Of a DNA stretch of 24,000 nt, positions 8,913-17,982 are shown piece after piece. The position numbers and the translations under genes were made by a program. This DNA comes from Candidatus Microgenomates bacterium. GTDB taxonomy: Bacteria; Patescibacteriota; Microgenomatia; UBA1406; HO2-37-13b. The notes below the pieces were generated by a model that made no database searches, was not told where the DNA came from, and saw nothing but the letters and a program-made list of their open reading frames with translations. The stretch spans positions 329,408 through 353,407 of the forward strand of contig JANWIV010000003.1 in the NCBI GenBank assembly GCA_025449735.1, read 5' to 3'. Numbering within the stretch: position 1 is the first letter of the stretch; every line of letters begins with the position of its first letter.

Positions 8913-8933
8913 GAAACGTGAAACTTGAAACAT
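8913..8933 (+). repeat. three tandem GAAACNT heptamers
   Basis: GAAACGT GAAACTT GAAACAT at 8913, 8920 and 8927 (7-nt period). The same heptamer is repeated at 19118-19159. Confidence 0.6.
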
Positions 8934-8972
8934 TCAAAATTTGCAGGTCATTCTTTAATTTTTTTATCATGT

Positions 8973-10640
8973 TTAAATATGATCAACTACTTCAATTCCT
9001 AACAGGTTGAGACCATTTTTAAGAACTTGCCCGACAGCAGTGCTCAATATTAGTCGAAACTGTTTAATATTCTCCTCAGCTTTTAAAATTGGACAGGTTT
9101 CGTAAAAGATACTATATTTTTGAGCAATGTCAAATAGATAAGTACAAAGCAGATGGGGAGCAAAGTTGGAAGCGGCATCCTCAACTAGCTCTGGGAAGCG
9201 AAAAAGAGCTCGAAGCAGGGAGATTTCTTCAGGTTGAAGTTTTTTTGTCATCCCTGGCTCGACCAGGGATCCATTTTCCTGGATTCCCTTTTTCAAGGGA
9301 ATGACAGAGGAAGATGCTTTGACAATGACACTCTGGATTCTGGCATAGGTATACAAAAGATAAGGCCCGGAGTTGCCTTCAAGGCTTAATGCTTCGTTTG
9401 GGTCAAAAATATATCCAGTAGTTGGTGATCTTTTTAGATCATTATATTTGAGAGCGCTAATTCCGACGACTTTTGCAATATGAGGATCATCATTGAAAAC
9501 GGTGGCCTTTTCAACAATTTCATTCAAAATATCATCCAGTTTGATATTGCGTCCTTTCCTGGTGCTCATTTTACCTTCTTTAAGTCTGATTAGGCCATGA
9601 GGAATATGAAATAAATTTTCGCGATTGATTAAACCAAGCATCTCGGAGGCCCAAAAAACTTGCTTGAAATGAAGTGTTTGCTCAGCGCCAACTTCATAGA
9701 GAATGAGATCAGGTTGCCATTTTTCTACCCGAAATTGAATTGTCGCCAAATCTCGAGTGAAATATGTGGTGGCGCCGTCTTTTTTAAGTAGCATCGCTGG
9801 TGGCGTTTTTTTATCGGCGAACGGGACAATCAGAGCGCCCTCACTTTCTTTTGATATTTTTTTTTCTTTACTTAAAGCAATAATATTTTCCATTGCTTTT
9901 TCATAAGAGCTTTCACCAAAGGCGAAATCAATATTGACCCCAAGCAAATCATATATTTTTTGAAATTCAAGCATGGAATTTTTGACTAGTTGCTGCCATA
10001 TTTCTCTTTCATCGGGATTACCTTCTTCAAGTTTTTTAAACGCCAATCGGGCCTGATCGTCAAGCTCGGGGTTTTTCTCAGCTTCATCATGGAATTTGAC
10101 ATAAAGAGCCTCCATTTCATCAACTGAGAGTTCTTCAATTGGTTTGTCAGCCCACTGGCGAATAGCGACAATCATTTTGCCAAATTGTGTCCCCCAATCG
10201 CCAAGATGATTGTCCCCAATAACTTTCCAACCAAGGAAAGAATAGAGGTTATACAACGCTTGACCAATGACAGTGCTTCTCAAATGACCAAAACCAAAAC
10301 GTTTGGCAATATTTGGGGCAGAGTAATCAATCACCAGGGTTTTTTCTTCATCAAGTTTATTGCTACCATATGTTTGTTTTTGTTCGATGATTAGAGCAAG
10401 CTCGTCTAAAAGTATTTTTTTGCTGACATATAAGTTGATAAAAGAATCTTTTTGCTCCACTTTTTCAAAAAGGCCATTTTTAGAAAGTCGGTCAATAATG
10501 TCCATGACTTTTTGGCTGTCTTCTCCAAATTGAGAAATATGAAAAGCAAAGTCTCCGTGTTCAGAAATTTTGGGAGTCAACAGCGAGATATTACTGCCGT
10601 CAATTTCTTTGATTATTTTCAAAACCTGATTTCTAATCAT
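8973..10640 (-). CDS. argS: arginine--tRNA ligase
   Basis: 555 aa. Class I HIGH-region variant PNIAKRFGFGHLRS, MSTRKG (ArgRS equivalent of KMSKS), GPYLLYTYARI and a C-terminal anticodon-binding helical region. Confidence 0.95.
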   Translation of the reverse strand: MIRNQVLKIIKEIDGSNISLLTPKISEHGDFAFHISQFGEDSQKVMDIIDRLSKNGLFEKVEQKDSFINLYVSKKILLDELALIIEQKQTYGSNKLDEEKTLVIDYSAPNIAKRFGFGHLRSTVIGQALYNLYSFLGWKVIGDNHLGDWGTQFGKMIVAIRQWADKPIEELSVDEMEALYVKFHDEAEKNPELDDQARLAFKKLEEGNPDEREIWQQLVKNSMLEFQKIYDLLGVNIDFAFGESSYEKAMENIIALSKEKKISKESEGALIVPFADKKTPPAMLLKKDGATTYFTRDLATIQFRVEKWQPDLILYEVGAEQTLHFKQVFWASEMLGLINRENLFHIPHGLIRLKEGKMSTRKGRNIKLDDILNEIVEKATVFNDDPHIAKVVGISALKYNDLKRSPTTGYIFDPNEALSLEGNSGPYLLYTYARIQSVIVKASSSVIPLKKGIQENGSLVEPGMTKKLQPEEISLLRALFRFPELVEDAASNFAPHLLCTYLFDIAQKYSIFYETCPILKAEENIKQFRLILSTAVGQVLKNGLNLLGIEVVDHI

Positions 10641-10706
10641 ATCTAGTATAAGGAATTAAGTATAATGTATAAAGGGTTATAAAGCCTTATTATAATCAAA
10701 AACTGT

Positions 10707-11099
10707 TTAATTTGGCCGATTAGATACCGACTTAATTAATCCGTTAATTAGTTTATGTACTGTTATTGATAATTCAGCTGTTTTATTAAACTCATTCTCA
10801 TCGATATATTTAATGTCTCTAGCGATCAATATTTGACTTTGAACTTCACCTACTGAGCCAAGTGCAATCGAATAGAATTGTCGTTTTTCTTTTCTCCCCG
10901 ATCTATAAAAACCTTCAGCGATATTACTTGTAATCGCGACTGCTGCTCTTCTCAATTGATTAGATAATCCAAACTTTTCAGACTCTGGAAATTTTATGGT
11001 AAGCTTGTATATTTGTAGCGCGAGTTGATGAGATTTTTGCCATGCAGTCAGATCAGTGAAGCTATTTACTTTTGGAGGCGTCATAATCCCATTATACAT
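10707..11099 (-). CDS. four-helix-bundle protein (23S rRNA intervening-sequence protein / Avd-like family)
   Basis: FTDLTAWQKSHQLALQIYKLTIKFPESEKFGLSNQLRRAAVAITSNIAEG is the classic signature of this family. The start may be the internal M at 11084. Confidence 0.9.
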   Translation of the reverse strand: MYNGIMTPPKVNSFTDLTAWQKSHQLALQIYKLTIKFPESEKFGLSNQLRRAAVAITSNIAEGFYRSGRKEKRQFYSIALGSVGEVQSQILIARDIKYIDENEFNKTAELSITVHKLINGLIKSVSNRPN

Positions 11100-11124
11100 T
11101 CTCCGTTATACCTTATACCTAGTG

Positions 11125-11940
11125 TTAGAAAGAGGTGACAAAGAACTCCGCTGGAATTTGTGGATAGCTCTGAAAGAGTTGAACTTTTTTAGCCACTCCG
11201 GCTCCAGTTTGTGCGGTTGAGGTGATCGTCTTGCCTTGTATTGGCCAATTTTGATTTAGATTGTAGATTACCAAACTAGCACCAGTAAAGGTAGCGTTTG
11301 GAGCAATAATACGGGTAAACATTAGATGAGGATCGTTGCTAAAACTGTTTGTATTAATTGCGACTCCAAAATCAACTTCTTCGTTTGCCTGGCCAGCAAT
11401 AAGATCGCATTCGTCAATTAAGCGTCTGGCTACAATTGTGCCATCACCATTGATAAATGTAAGCTCAACAGCAAATTCTTCACTAGTGCCGCAATAAGAT
11501 CCAGCTGGCAAAGCACGCGATATTCGAATTGAATCGGTGAAATTATTTTCAATTAATTGTCCAGTGTTGGGGTTAAAACCTGTGAGATAGAAGGTATATT
11601 GACCGTCTTTTTGAATTGTTGAGGTGGTAAAGGTATTGCTAGTGGTGGTATTAATTATCGCACTACCACCGATATCGCTACCAAGCCCAAGGTTGGAGAT
11701 ATTGACAGAAGCCCCAGGTGTCAAGTGAATTGCCGCATCAATACCAGCTTCAGCGGCAGCAAAAGCGCGCTTTGATTCTTCTTCGAGCTCAGAAAGCTTG
11801 GTATCATCACGCGTTAAATTGAGCATAGATAACCCAACTGTCAAAAGCACCGTCGATATTAAAATGACAATGAGAAGTACTTGTCCCTGTTGTTTATTTT
11901 TTGATTTACTCATAACATTTTTAAATTTTGCTTTTTTCAT
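11125..11940 (-). CDS. PilX-like type IV pilus minor pilin / assembly protein (PilX_N-type N-terminus)
   Basis: KQQG|QVLLIVILISTVLLTVGLSML hydrophobic N-terminal helix followed by KRAFAAAEAGIDAA. This resembles the PilX N-terminal domain pattern (RG-ATLV...helix...AAEAG). Confidence 0.6.
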   Translation of the reverse strand: MKKAKFKNVMSKSKNKQQGQVLLIVILISTVLLTVGLSMLNLTRDDTKLSELEEESKRAFAAAEAGIDAAIHLTPGASVNISNLGLGSDIGGSAIINTTTSNTFTTSTIQKDGQYTFYLTGFNPNTGQLIENNFTDSIRISRALPAGSYCGTSEEFAVELTFINGDGTIVARRLIDECDLIAGQANEEVDFGVAINTNSFSNDPHLMFTRIIAPNATFTGASLVIYNLNQNWPIQGKTITSTAQTGAGVAKKVQLFQSYPQIPAEFFVTSF

Positions 11941-11951
11941 TATTAATTATT

Positions 11952-14120
11952 TTATGGTGTCAATTCTTGATAATTATAATTCCGGGTACTGAGATATGGT
12001 AAAAGATCAACATACATATCTGGTTTGTTGACGATGAAAATCGATGGTTTGCGAATATCATCATCTTTTCTTTTTGAAAGATCAGCGGCAGTCATTGATA
12101 TCAAATTACCATTAACCTTAAGTGTCGTAGATGTTGTTTGACCAATGGGAATGTCAGATGCCAAATCCAAGCTTTGAGCAATGAAAATTCCAGAAATAGT
12201 ATCAACGTTTGCTTCAACATTTAGTTTGCCAGTGACAACGATCGCGAGAGATTTTTCTGGGGGATTGATTTCACCGGTAATAGTGGCATCTCCTTGGATA
12301 ATTAAGGTAAAGGGCGATTTGCTTTGTATAGAAGCGGAGTCTAAAATAAAATTACCCGGTGGAGCGATATTAATCGCATCTTTGGTAATTTCACTTCCAG
12401 TTATTGTTCCGATTGTACCACTGTCAACGACAGTAGTATAATTTTTTCTTCCCTTGGCATATTCTAAAAATATCGAAGGAGTCCAGCGATTGCTATAAGT
12501 ATATGTATCAAGCGCCCATTCTCGGATTGACACGGTCCCAGTACCGACGTTAATATCACCTCCGGCGGTGACGACGCCTCCTTGGACGATATCGAGCTGA
12601 CGATCTGAATTATCATCAGCATCAAATGGGAGAATGGTTGTTGGAATCACATTTTGTATTCCACCGAACTTATGAAAGGAGGTATCCTTCATCTTGTACC
12701 AAAGCTTAGGAATATAAGAACAGTAGACATTGAAGTCTTTTTGACAAGCTTGAGCGCCACAGGTGAGCGTGGTTTTATAAACACCGGCATTGAGCCAGGT
12801 ATGGGCAATTGAAGGAGCGGGATTAGGGATAGGGGTGGTGCCGTCATCAAAATCAATACTGCTCGGGCTGCCCGTTATGGCAATGCCAACAGGTTCATTG
12901 TATACCGGATTGTCAGGAAGGAAAACCATGTCGCAACTAGCACTACAACTGGCTGAAGTAACTGGATAGAGTTGAGTTTGACAGCCGAGTGTCACCGAAC
13001 AAGAACAGAAATTGGCGTTACCAGAGCCACCGCCGGGATCACCAACAATGCCAGTTGGGGATGGGAATGGACTGGGGTTGATATTGCAATTAGGCGGGTA
13101 GAGACTGGTTGTTGGCGTCGGTCCACGGGTGGGAGTGGGTTGGGGAAATCCACCGCTACCACCGGAAGCAGAATCAACTTTGGACTGATATGTATAAGCA
13201 GAACCACCGCAAAGCATATGATATCTGACCGGATAAGCAAAAGTGTTCGCCGGTAGATTATCTGGGCAGGCACCATCAAAACCAAGGCCATCTTTGAAGA
13301 GTCCACAGACAAAATTATTAAATCCTTGATAGGTGATGTTGCCAAGAGATTGTGGCGGTTCAAATGGGGTAGGAGTCGGGCCCCCGGCGCCACTACCGAC
13401 ACTGCCTGAGCCACCACCAACTGAGCCACCATCTTTACCGGCACAAGAAAGAGTGCAGAAAGGTGAAGGGGTGGGAGTCTGAGTTGGCGTCGGGCAACTA
13501 GGAGGACAAGAGCTACCACAAGGACTACAAAGACAATCGTCACGGTAACCACAAGGAATGTTTTCACATAAGACACCAAGATATGGACCGGGGCAAAGTG
13601 GCCCAGTTCCATAAGTACCAGCGCCAAGGATTGGAGATGGAGTTGGGGTAATTGACCCGCCAGGCGGATTACTACAGTCTAGAACTGGAGGCAACCCTTG
13701 ATTGCATCCAGGTGGTATTCCACCAAAGGTAGTATAACAAGCATTATTATTGAGTACATTAGTCGTCATTGCAATATCAAAGGAAACGTTTGGAATATAC
13801 CAATGATACGGCACTGAACAAATTTTATTTGGCCCGCTAGTCCCCCAATCGATCTTAACCACATGAGAGTCATAAAAATATTGAGCTTGAGTTCCATTGC
13901 ATTGAGAAAAATTAAAATCTAAACAAGTTGCTAAGGTATATGCCCCTTGAGGAATTAAAGCAGATTGATAACAGGCATTACAAGTGCTGGCGGCAGGAGT
14001 ATATGGATTATTACAATAAGGACAAGACTGGGCTTGAACTGGGTTCAGATTAAATGCCGGAAAGAAAAAAAAACTAAAAATAATAATGATAAGACTGGCT
14101 AAAAAGATTCTAAAACGCAT
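11952..14120 (-). CDS. large secreted cysteine-rich protein with a PKD-like module and a Cys-free beta-helix-like C-terminal domain (candidate pilus-tip adhesin)
   Basis: Signal peptide (ends PVQAQ|SCPYC). By hand count, all 32 Cys lie in the N-terminal two-thirds. Has Gly/Ser and Pro/Thr linkers. IDFDDGTT...HTWLNAGVYKTTLTCG resembles a PKD domain. The C-terminal third is rich in short G/T/I/V beta-strand-like repeats. The stop lies 11 nt from the PilX-like start. Confidence 0.75.
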   Translation of the reverse strand: MRFRIFLASLIIIIFSFFFFPAFNLNPVQAQSCPYCNNPYTPAASTCNACYQSALIPQGAYTLATCLDFNFSQCNGTQAQYFYDSHVVKIDWGTSGPNKICSVPYHWYIPNVSFDIAMTTNVLNNNACYTTFGGIPPGCNQGLPPVLDCSNPPGGSITPTPSPILGAGTYGTGPLCPGPYLGVLCENIPCGYRDDCLCSPCGSSCPPSCPTPTQTPTPSPFCTLSCAGKDGGSVGGGSGSVGSGAGGPTPTPFEPPQSLGNITYQGFNNFVCGLFKDGLGFDGACPDNLPANTFAYPVRYHMLCGGSAYTYQSKVDSASGGSGGFPQPTPTRGPTPTTSLYPPNCNINPSPFPSPTGIVGDPGGGSGNANFCSCSVTLGCQTQLYPVTSASCSASCDMVFLPDNPVYNEPVGIAITGSPSSIDFDDGTTPIPNPAPSIAHTWLNAGVYKTTLTCGAQACQKDFNVYCSYIPKLWYKMKDTSFHKFGGIQNVIPTTILPFDADDNSDRQLDIVQGGVVTAGGDINVGTGTVSIREWALDTYTYSNRWTPSIFLEYAKGRKNYTTVVDSGTIGTITGSEITKDAINIAPPGNFILDSASIQSKSPFTLIIQGDATITGEINPPEKSLAIVVTGKLNVEANVDTISGIFIAQSLDLASDIPIGQTTSTTLKVNGNLISMTAADLSKRKDDDIRKPSIFIVNKPDMYVDLLPYLSTRNYNYQELTP

Positions 14121-14173
14121 AGTTTAATAGTAAAAAAAACTGGGTGAGAAGTCAAACGCATAGGTAGAAATAA

Positions 14174-16384
14174 TCAAGGAAGTAGCTCAAAAGTATCGTA
14201 CATGTCCCAGTAGAGGTGTGATCTTTCAGGTCCTGGGTAATCAACATCGAGCTGATAAGCATACTCATGAACACCGGGTTGGGCATTTTGATCATTATTG
14301 CCGTTATAAAAGCTAAATTGATCAGGATACTCCTGACTAAGCGTATGGGCTTCAGAGATTAGTTCTTTTGCTAATTTGGAGGTGTCGCCGCCATTGCGAT
14401 TAGAGAAGGCTACATTTACCCAATCGACTTTGATGCCATTTTGCAAAAGTGTGCGACTGTTTTGTACAAATTCGTCAATTTTATCTTCCGGAACAGAACC
14501 GCCAATGCCAATCGAAGGTGACAATTGAATTCCATCTGGCTTATTTTGACCTAAACGTTGAATATCTTGAGTAAATGTTTGCATGTCTGGTCCAACTAGC
14601 ATGAGAGAACCAGGAACTCGGTGCCAGATTTCAAGATTAGGAGCTTTAGTTGATATGTATGAGTTTATTTCACCAGCAATTGAGCTGTCCGGAAACAAGT
14701 TAGAATATGCGTGGGAGACATCAATAAAGCTGCGACTTAATGCAGTAATAAAACGGCCTGGTTTATTAGTATCGACTCCAGTAAGTAGGTTATCTAGCTG
14801 GGTATGTAATTGTTCTTTGGTGCCATTAGTCGCATTTTGCTGTGACCAAAGCCAAAAACCATATTCTGGCTCAAATCCATGGTCTTTGTAATAGTTGATG
14901 ACATTTATATTTGGCATACCGGAAGCAGTTGGTGAATCAACGACTGCGGCTGACATATAAAAGTGATCAACTTGAGGGTGGCTTTCACTCGCAATAGTTC
15001 GAGACTCAGAAAAATAATTTGTCCCCCAAAAAGCAGTCACTCCCATTTGCATGCCTTTTTCAGCGGCTAGATCTTCAAGAGTGCCGCTAGTTGAGAGGGT
15101 ATCTTTTGGATTATAAACGCCATCGGGCTTTTCGAAAGCAGCATAGTTAGCTTGAATGAATTCTCCTTGGGAGATAGTGTGACCGACAAGGAAAGTCTTA
15201 TTGTCAACAATCGGCGTGCTTAAGGTAACTGTTTTGATTGGTAGCATTGTGTCGTCACTTTGTCGTTGTGAGACAGTGATTTCAGTCCCATTCCAGTTGA
15301 CATCGGCGACTAGCTTGCCTGGGGCGACACCGGCGTCAAAAAGCGTCCAGTCATGGCCATCGTAGTTTATTTTTGTCACTCCGGTGGCGCTGGTGGTGAT
15401 TGAAAATAATTCAGCTGTGGCTTTTTCACCAGCTGACCACTGGACTATGTTAACGGCGACACCATGAGCGTTAAGTTGCTCCGTAGCTCCTAAATTTTCA
15501 TCAAATTCGGCTTTTTTTGTCGCCGACAAATGTCTTTCACCTTCGATTTTTTCATAAGCGATCTCAAATCGAGTTGGCATGCCTACATATCGAATTCCTG
15601 AAGCAAAAATATCTTCACTTTTATTAGTGACAAATTTACTCTCACCTTCATAAGCTTTGTTTTCAACCCAGACTTCTTCGGTGGTTTCATAGCGATTTTC
15701 AGGAGAAACCCAAGGGACTTTATTAGTCTTGACAGAAACGATTGTGCCGTCCTGAAGCCTAAAAAGATCATAAGTAAAGTCTTGCGGGAATTCTGCGGCA
15801 ACACCGGTAAAATTTTGTTGTTTGTATGAGCCAATATAAGCGGAATCTGGTGATGGAGAGGATAGCTCATTATGATTGGCTTGTGAGCCTGGGGCTACAT
15901 GGACTTGCAAACCTTGGGGCAATTCACCTCTAAGGAGTTCTGGTGTTGGCAATGGCTCGACTGTGGCTGTCGGTGAAGGCGGCTCGACAGTAGAAGTTGA
16001 AGTTGGCCTTTCCTGTGAAGCAGTTGGTGTGGATCCGACTACTGGCGTTGATCCGTGGACATCGGCTTGATTGACGACGTTTGGCAAATAACTACTAAAA
16101 GTTTGGCCAGATTCATTTTGACTTGGACCGAGAGTCGCTACTGGAGGTGCTTGCCGAAGGTGGGCTGGCAGCTGATCTGCTGAGAGCGCTAATTCATGAC
16201 CAGATTGGGCAGCAGTTTTTTCTTGTGCGACCACTGGAGAATCGATAGCTTGTTCGGCAAAAAGGAGGCTAGCGATGGCGAATCCAAGCGCGCCACTGCT
16301 TTTGAATAAACCCCTTTTAGTCTCACTATGAACGGGCCGGCCTGGAGATTGAGGTCTTTCTTCAATAGACATATTGTCTCCCAT
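14174..16384 (-). CDS. large secreted protein of unknown function (possible glycoside-hydrolase-like C-terminal half, unverified)
   Basis: 736-aa ORF. N-terminus is ...ETKRGLFKSSGALGFAIASLLFAEQA (Tat-like KR signal), followed by a Pro/Thr/Ser-rich linker (PTSTSTVEPPSPTATVEPLPTPE). No motif I can name with confidence. Confidence 0.7.
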   Translation of the reverse strand: MGDNMSIEERPQSPGRPVHSETKRGLFKSSGALGFAIASLLFAEQAIDSPVVAQEKTAAQSGHELALSADQLPAHLRQAPPVATLGPSQNESGQTFSSYLPNVVNQADVHGSTPVVGSTPTASQERPTSTSTVEPPSPTATVEPLPTPELLRGELPQGLQVHVAPGSQANHNELSSPSPDSAYIGSYKQQNFTGVAAEFPQDFTYDLFRLQDGTIVSVKTNKVPWVSPENRYETTEEVWVENKAYEGESKFVTNKSEDIFASGIRYVGMPTRFEIAYEKIEGERHLSATKKAEFDENLGATEQLNAHGVAVNIVQWSAGEKATAELFSITTSATGVTKINYDGHDWTLFDAGVAPGKLVADVNWNGTEITVSQRQSDDTMLPIKTVTLSTPIVDNKTFLVGHTISQGEFIQANYAAFEKPDGVYNPKDTLSTSGTLEDLAAEKGMQMGVTAFWGTNYFSESRTIASESHPQVDHFYMSAAVVDSPTASGMPNINVINYYKDHGFEPEYGFWLWSQQNATNGTKEQLHTQLDNLLTGVDTNKPGRFITALSRSFIDVSHAYSNLFPDSSIAGEINSYISTKAPNLEIWHRVPGSLMLVGPDMQTFTQDIQRLGQNKPDGIQLSPSIGIGGSVPEDKIDEFVQNSRTLLQNGIKVDWVNVAFSNRNGGDTSKLAKELISEAHTLSQEYPDQFSFYNGNNDQNAQPGVHEYAYQLDVDYPGPERSHLYWDMYDTFELLP

Positions 16385-16526
16385 TATTTTTTATAGGACT
16401 TTAGCATTAGTACCTATATTATTAATAATTATTAGTGTTATTTTTAAAATTATCGCTTAAATTTTTATTTAATCGATTCTACTTTAACAATTCTAACACT
16501 ATATTATAGGCAATGTCAAGTCAAGA

Positions 16527-17141
16527 TTAAAGTCGAATAATGGTGACTGACATGACGCTCGATTCGTAGCTTTTGGCTCGAGTGTTATATTCGTCTTGAA
16601 TTCGGATATTATCACCTTTGGTGAGGCTAGTAAGCGTGGGATTGGTGTCTACTCCGAGGCTGGAAACGACAATTTTATCGTAGATTAGGCCGGTATATTC
16701 AAATCGAAGCAGATGATTTTCGGCGTCTTTAATCGTAATTTCAGCGACCTTATGCTCCTCATCTATCTTGACGTTTTCAATAACTCCCTCATTGGTTCTC
16801 GTCATTGATTCTGTTGTTTGACCACCAGTTTCATTTAAAAGCTGCATTGAGATATAAAAACTGGTGACATTGAATGGTTCTATATTGGTATAGGGGTTGC
16901 CCGCATATTTAGCTGGAACGGTAATTTCAGCAGGGAGAAAGGTGTTTTGGGCTGGAGAAGGAGCAATTGATGACTGAGGCTTTTTGATCAGTTTTTGGGC
17001 GGCATATTGACCAACGAAGACCATGCCGACAATAATGACCAGGATTATAAGTAACTTATTAAAACCATTGATTGAGTTGTCCGGGTTTTCCGTGGCTACT
17101 TTTGGTTCCACAGTTTCTGAGACTGAATTTTCTTCATTCAT
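16527..17141 (-). CDS. single-pass membrane-anchored hypothetical protein
   Basis: 204 aa. Acidic N-terminal tail, TM helix LLIILVIIVGMVFVGQYAA and a beta-rich ectodomain. Confidence 0.65.
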   Translation of the reverse strand: MNEENSVSETVEPKVATENPDNSINGFNKLLIILVIIVGMVFVGQYAAQKLIKKPQSSIAPSPAQNTFLPAEITVPAKYAGNPYTNIEPFNVTSFYISMQLLNETGGQTTESMTRTNEGVIENVKIDEEHKVAEITIKDAENHLLRFEYTGLIYDKIVVSSLGVDTNPTLTSLTKGDNIRIQDEYNTRAKSYESSVMSVTIIRL

Positions 17142-17202
17142 ATAAAAAGTATAACAAAATCCGGTACTTTGGCAAAAGGATTAATTTATAGCTTTCGATA
17201 AA

Positions 17203-17982
17203 TCAGAGTAGCAATGGTAGGAAGATGGCGAGTGCGCCGACGATAATAATCATTATCGATGGGCCAATGATTCCGGCGTCAGGCAAGCTTTGAGTTGGTG
17301 CTGGAGTGTTAGTCGCCGTGGTTTGCGCTATTGGAGTTGGTGTGTTGGTGGCCCTGACGACAATTATGTCAGTTGGTGTCGGGGCTCCAGTTGAGGTCGG
17401 CGTCGGGGTGTTAGTCAATGTTGGGGTTGGTGTCGTCGTCGGTGTTAATGTCGGCGTTAACGTCCCGGTTGGAGTAATTGTCGGGGTCGGTGTTTTAGTT
17501 GGCGTCAAGGTCGGCGTCAGTGGTCCAGTTGGCGTCGGCGTGCGAGTGGGGGTTGGGGTATTGATTAATGTCGTTGTGCAAAGAGCTGAGGCTTCATCGT
17601 TGGTCTGACCACATTGATTGGAAGCGGAGACCACACAGTTATAGGTATGATTGACTTGCGGGGTAAAAGTTATTTTGACTTTTTGACCAGGGATGACATC
17701 GGTTTCAAGAATGCTGCCCTGCTTCATTATTTGCCCATTTGTTTTATCGATGATGGTATATCGATATGAAGTCTTGGCCTCTGGCATCCATTGGCAATAG
17801 GCCCCTTCAACTGGGCAAGTCGGCCCAGCAGCTTGATTCTCAGTGGTTTGACGATTATTGATTATGAGTAGTCCAGCTATTGTGCCAATAATAACCATAA
17901 ATAGAATCAAAAAAGGGAGCCATTTTTTTATGCCACCTTTTTTAGCAACAGCGCTAGTTGTTGGGTTTTGATTGGTATTCAC
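17203..17982 (-). CDS. cassette A, gene 2: FN3-like Cys-containing domain + Pro/Thr stalk + LPDAG-TM C-terminal sorting signal
   Basis: GTG start overlaps the upstream stop (GTGA). TM/signal region, then NQA|AGPTC-x6-C-x-W, then ~90 aa of PT repeats, then LPDAG (17272-17286) and a hydrophobic C-terminus. Paralog of 21355..22158. Confidence 0.8.
   Translation of the reverse strand: MNTNQNPTTSAVAKKGGIKKWLPFLILFMVIIGTIAGLLIINNRQTTENQAAGPTCPVEGAYCQWMPEAKTSYRYTIIDKTNGQIMKQGSILETDVIPGQKVKITFTPQVNHTYNCVVSASNQCGQTNDEASALCTTTLINTPTPTRTPTPTGPLTPTLTPTKTPTPTITPTGTLTPTLTPTTTPTPTLTNTPTPTSTGAPTPTDIIVVRATNTPTPIAQTTATNTPAPTQSLPDAGIIGPSIMIIIVGALAIFLPLLL
17293..17562 (-). repeat. Pro/Thr-coding low-complexity repeat inside 17203..17982
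   Basis: Residues 141-230 read TPTPTRTPTPTGPLTPTLTPTKTPTPTITPTGTLTPTLTPTTTPTPT... The antisense strand gives the spurious GVGV ORF 17306..17608. Confidence 0.85.

Noticed and set aside
10641-11124. A complete diversity-generating retroelement around the Avd-like gene
   Set aside because: There is no reverse transcriptase ORF. Only 66 nt and 25 nt of flanking intergenic DNA are available, too short for a template repeat. No adenine-specific repeat pair was seen by eye.
12992-13627. 211-aa same-strand alternative-frame ORF, plus the plus-strand ORFs 12181..12441 and 12972..13256, inside the 722-aa gene
   Set aside because: They lie in the GC-rich Gly/Pro/Thr-coding part of a long, well-supported ORF. 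Long open alternative frames are expected there. They have no start context and no independent signal.
17306-17608. 100-aa plus-strand ORF made of GVGV repeats (and the similar 21870..22106 minus-strand ORF)
   Set aside because: Both are the antisense reading of the Pro/Thr-coding repeats in 17203..17982 and 21355..22158. The sense genes have signal peptides, domains and sorting signals. The antisense ORFs are pure low complexity.
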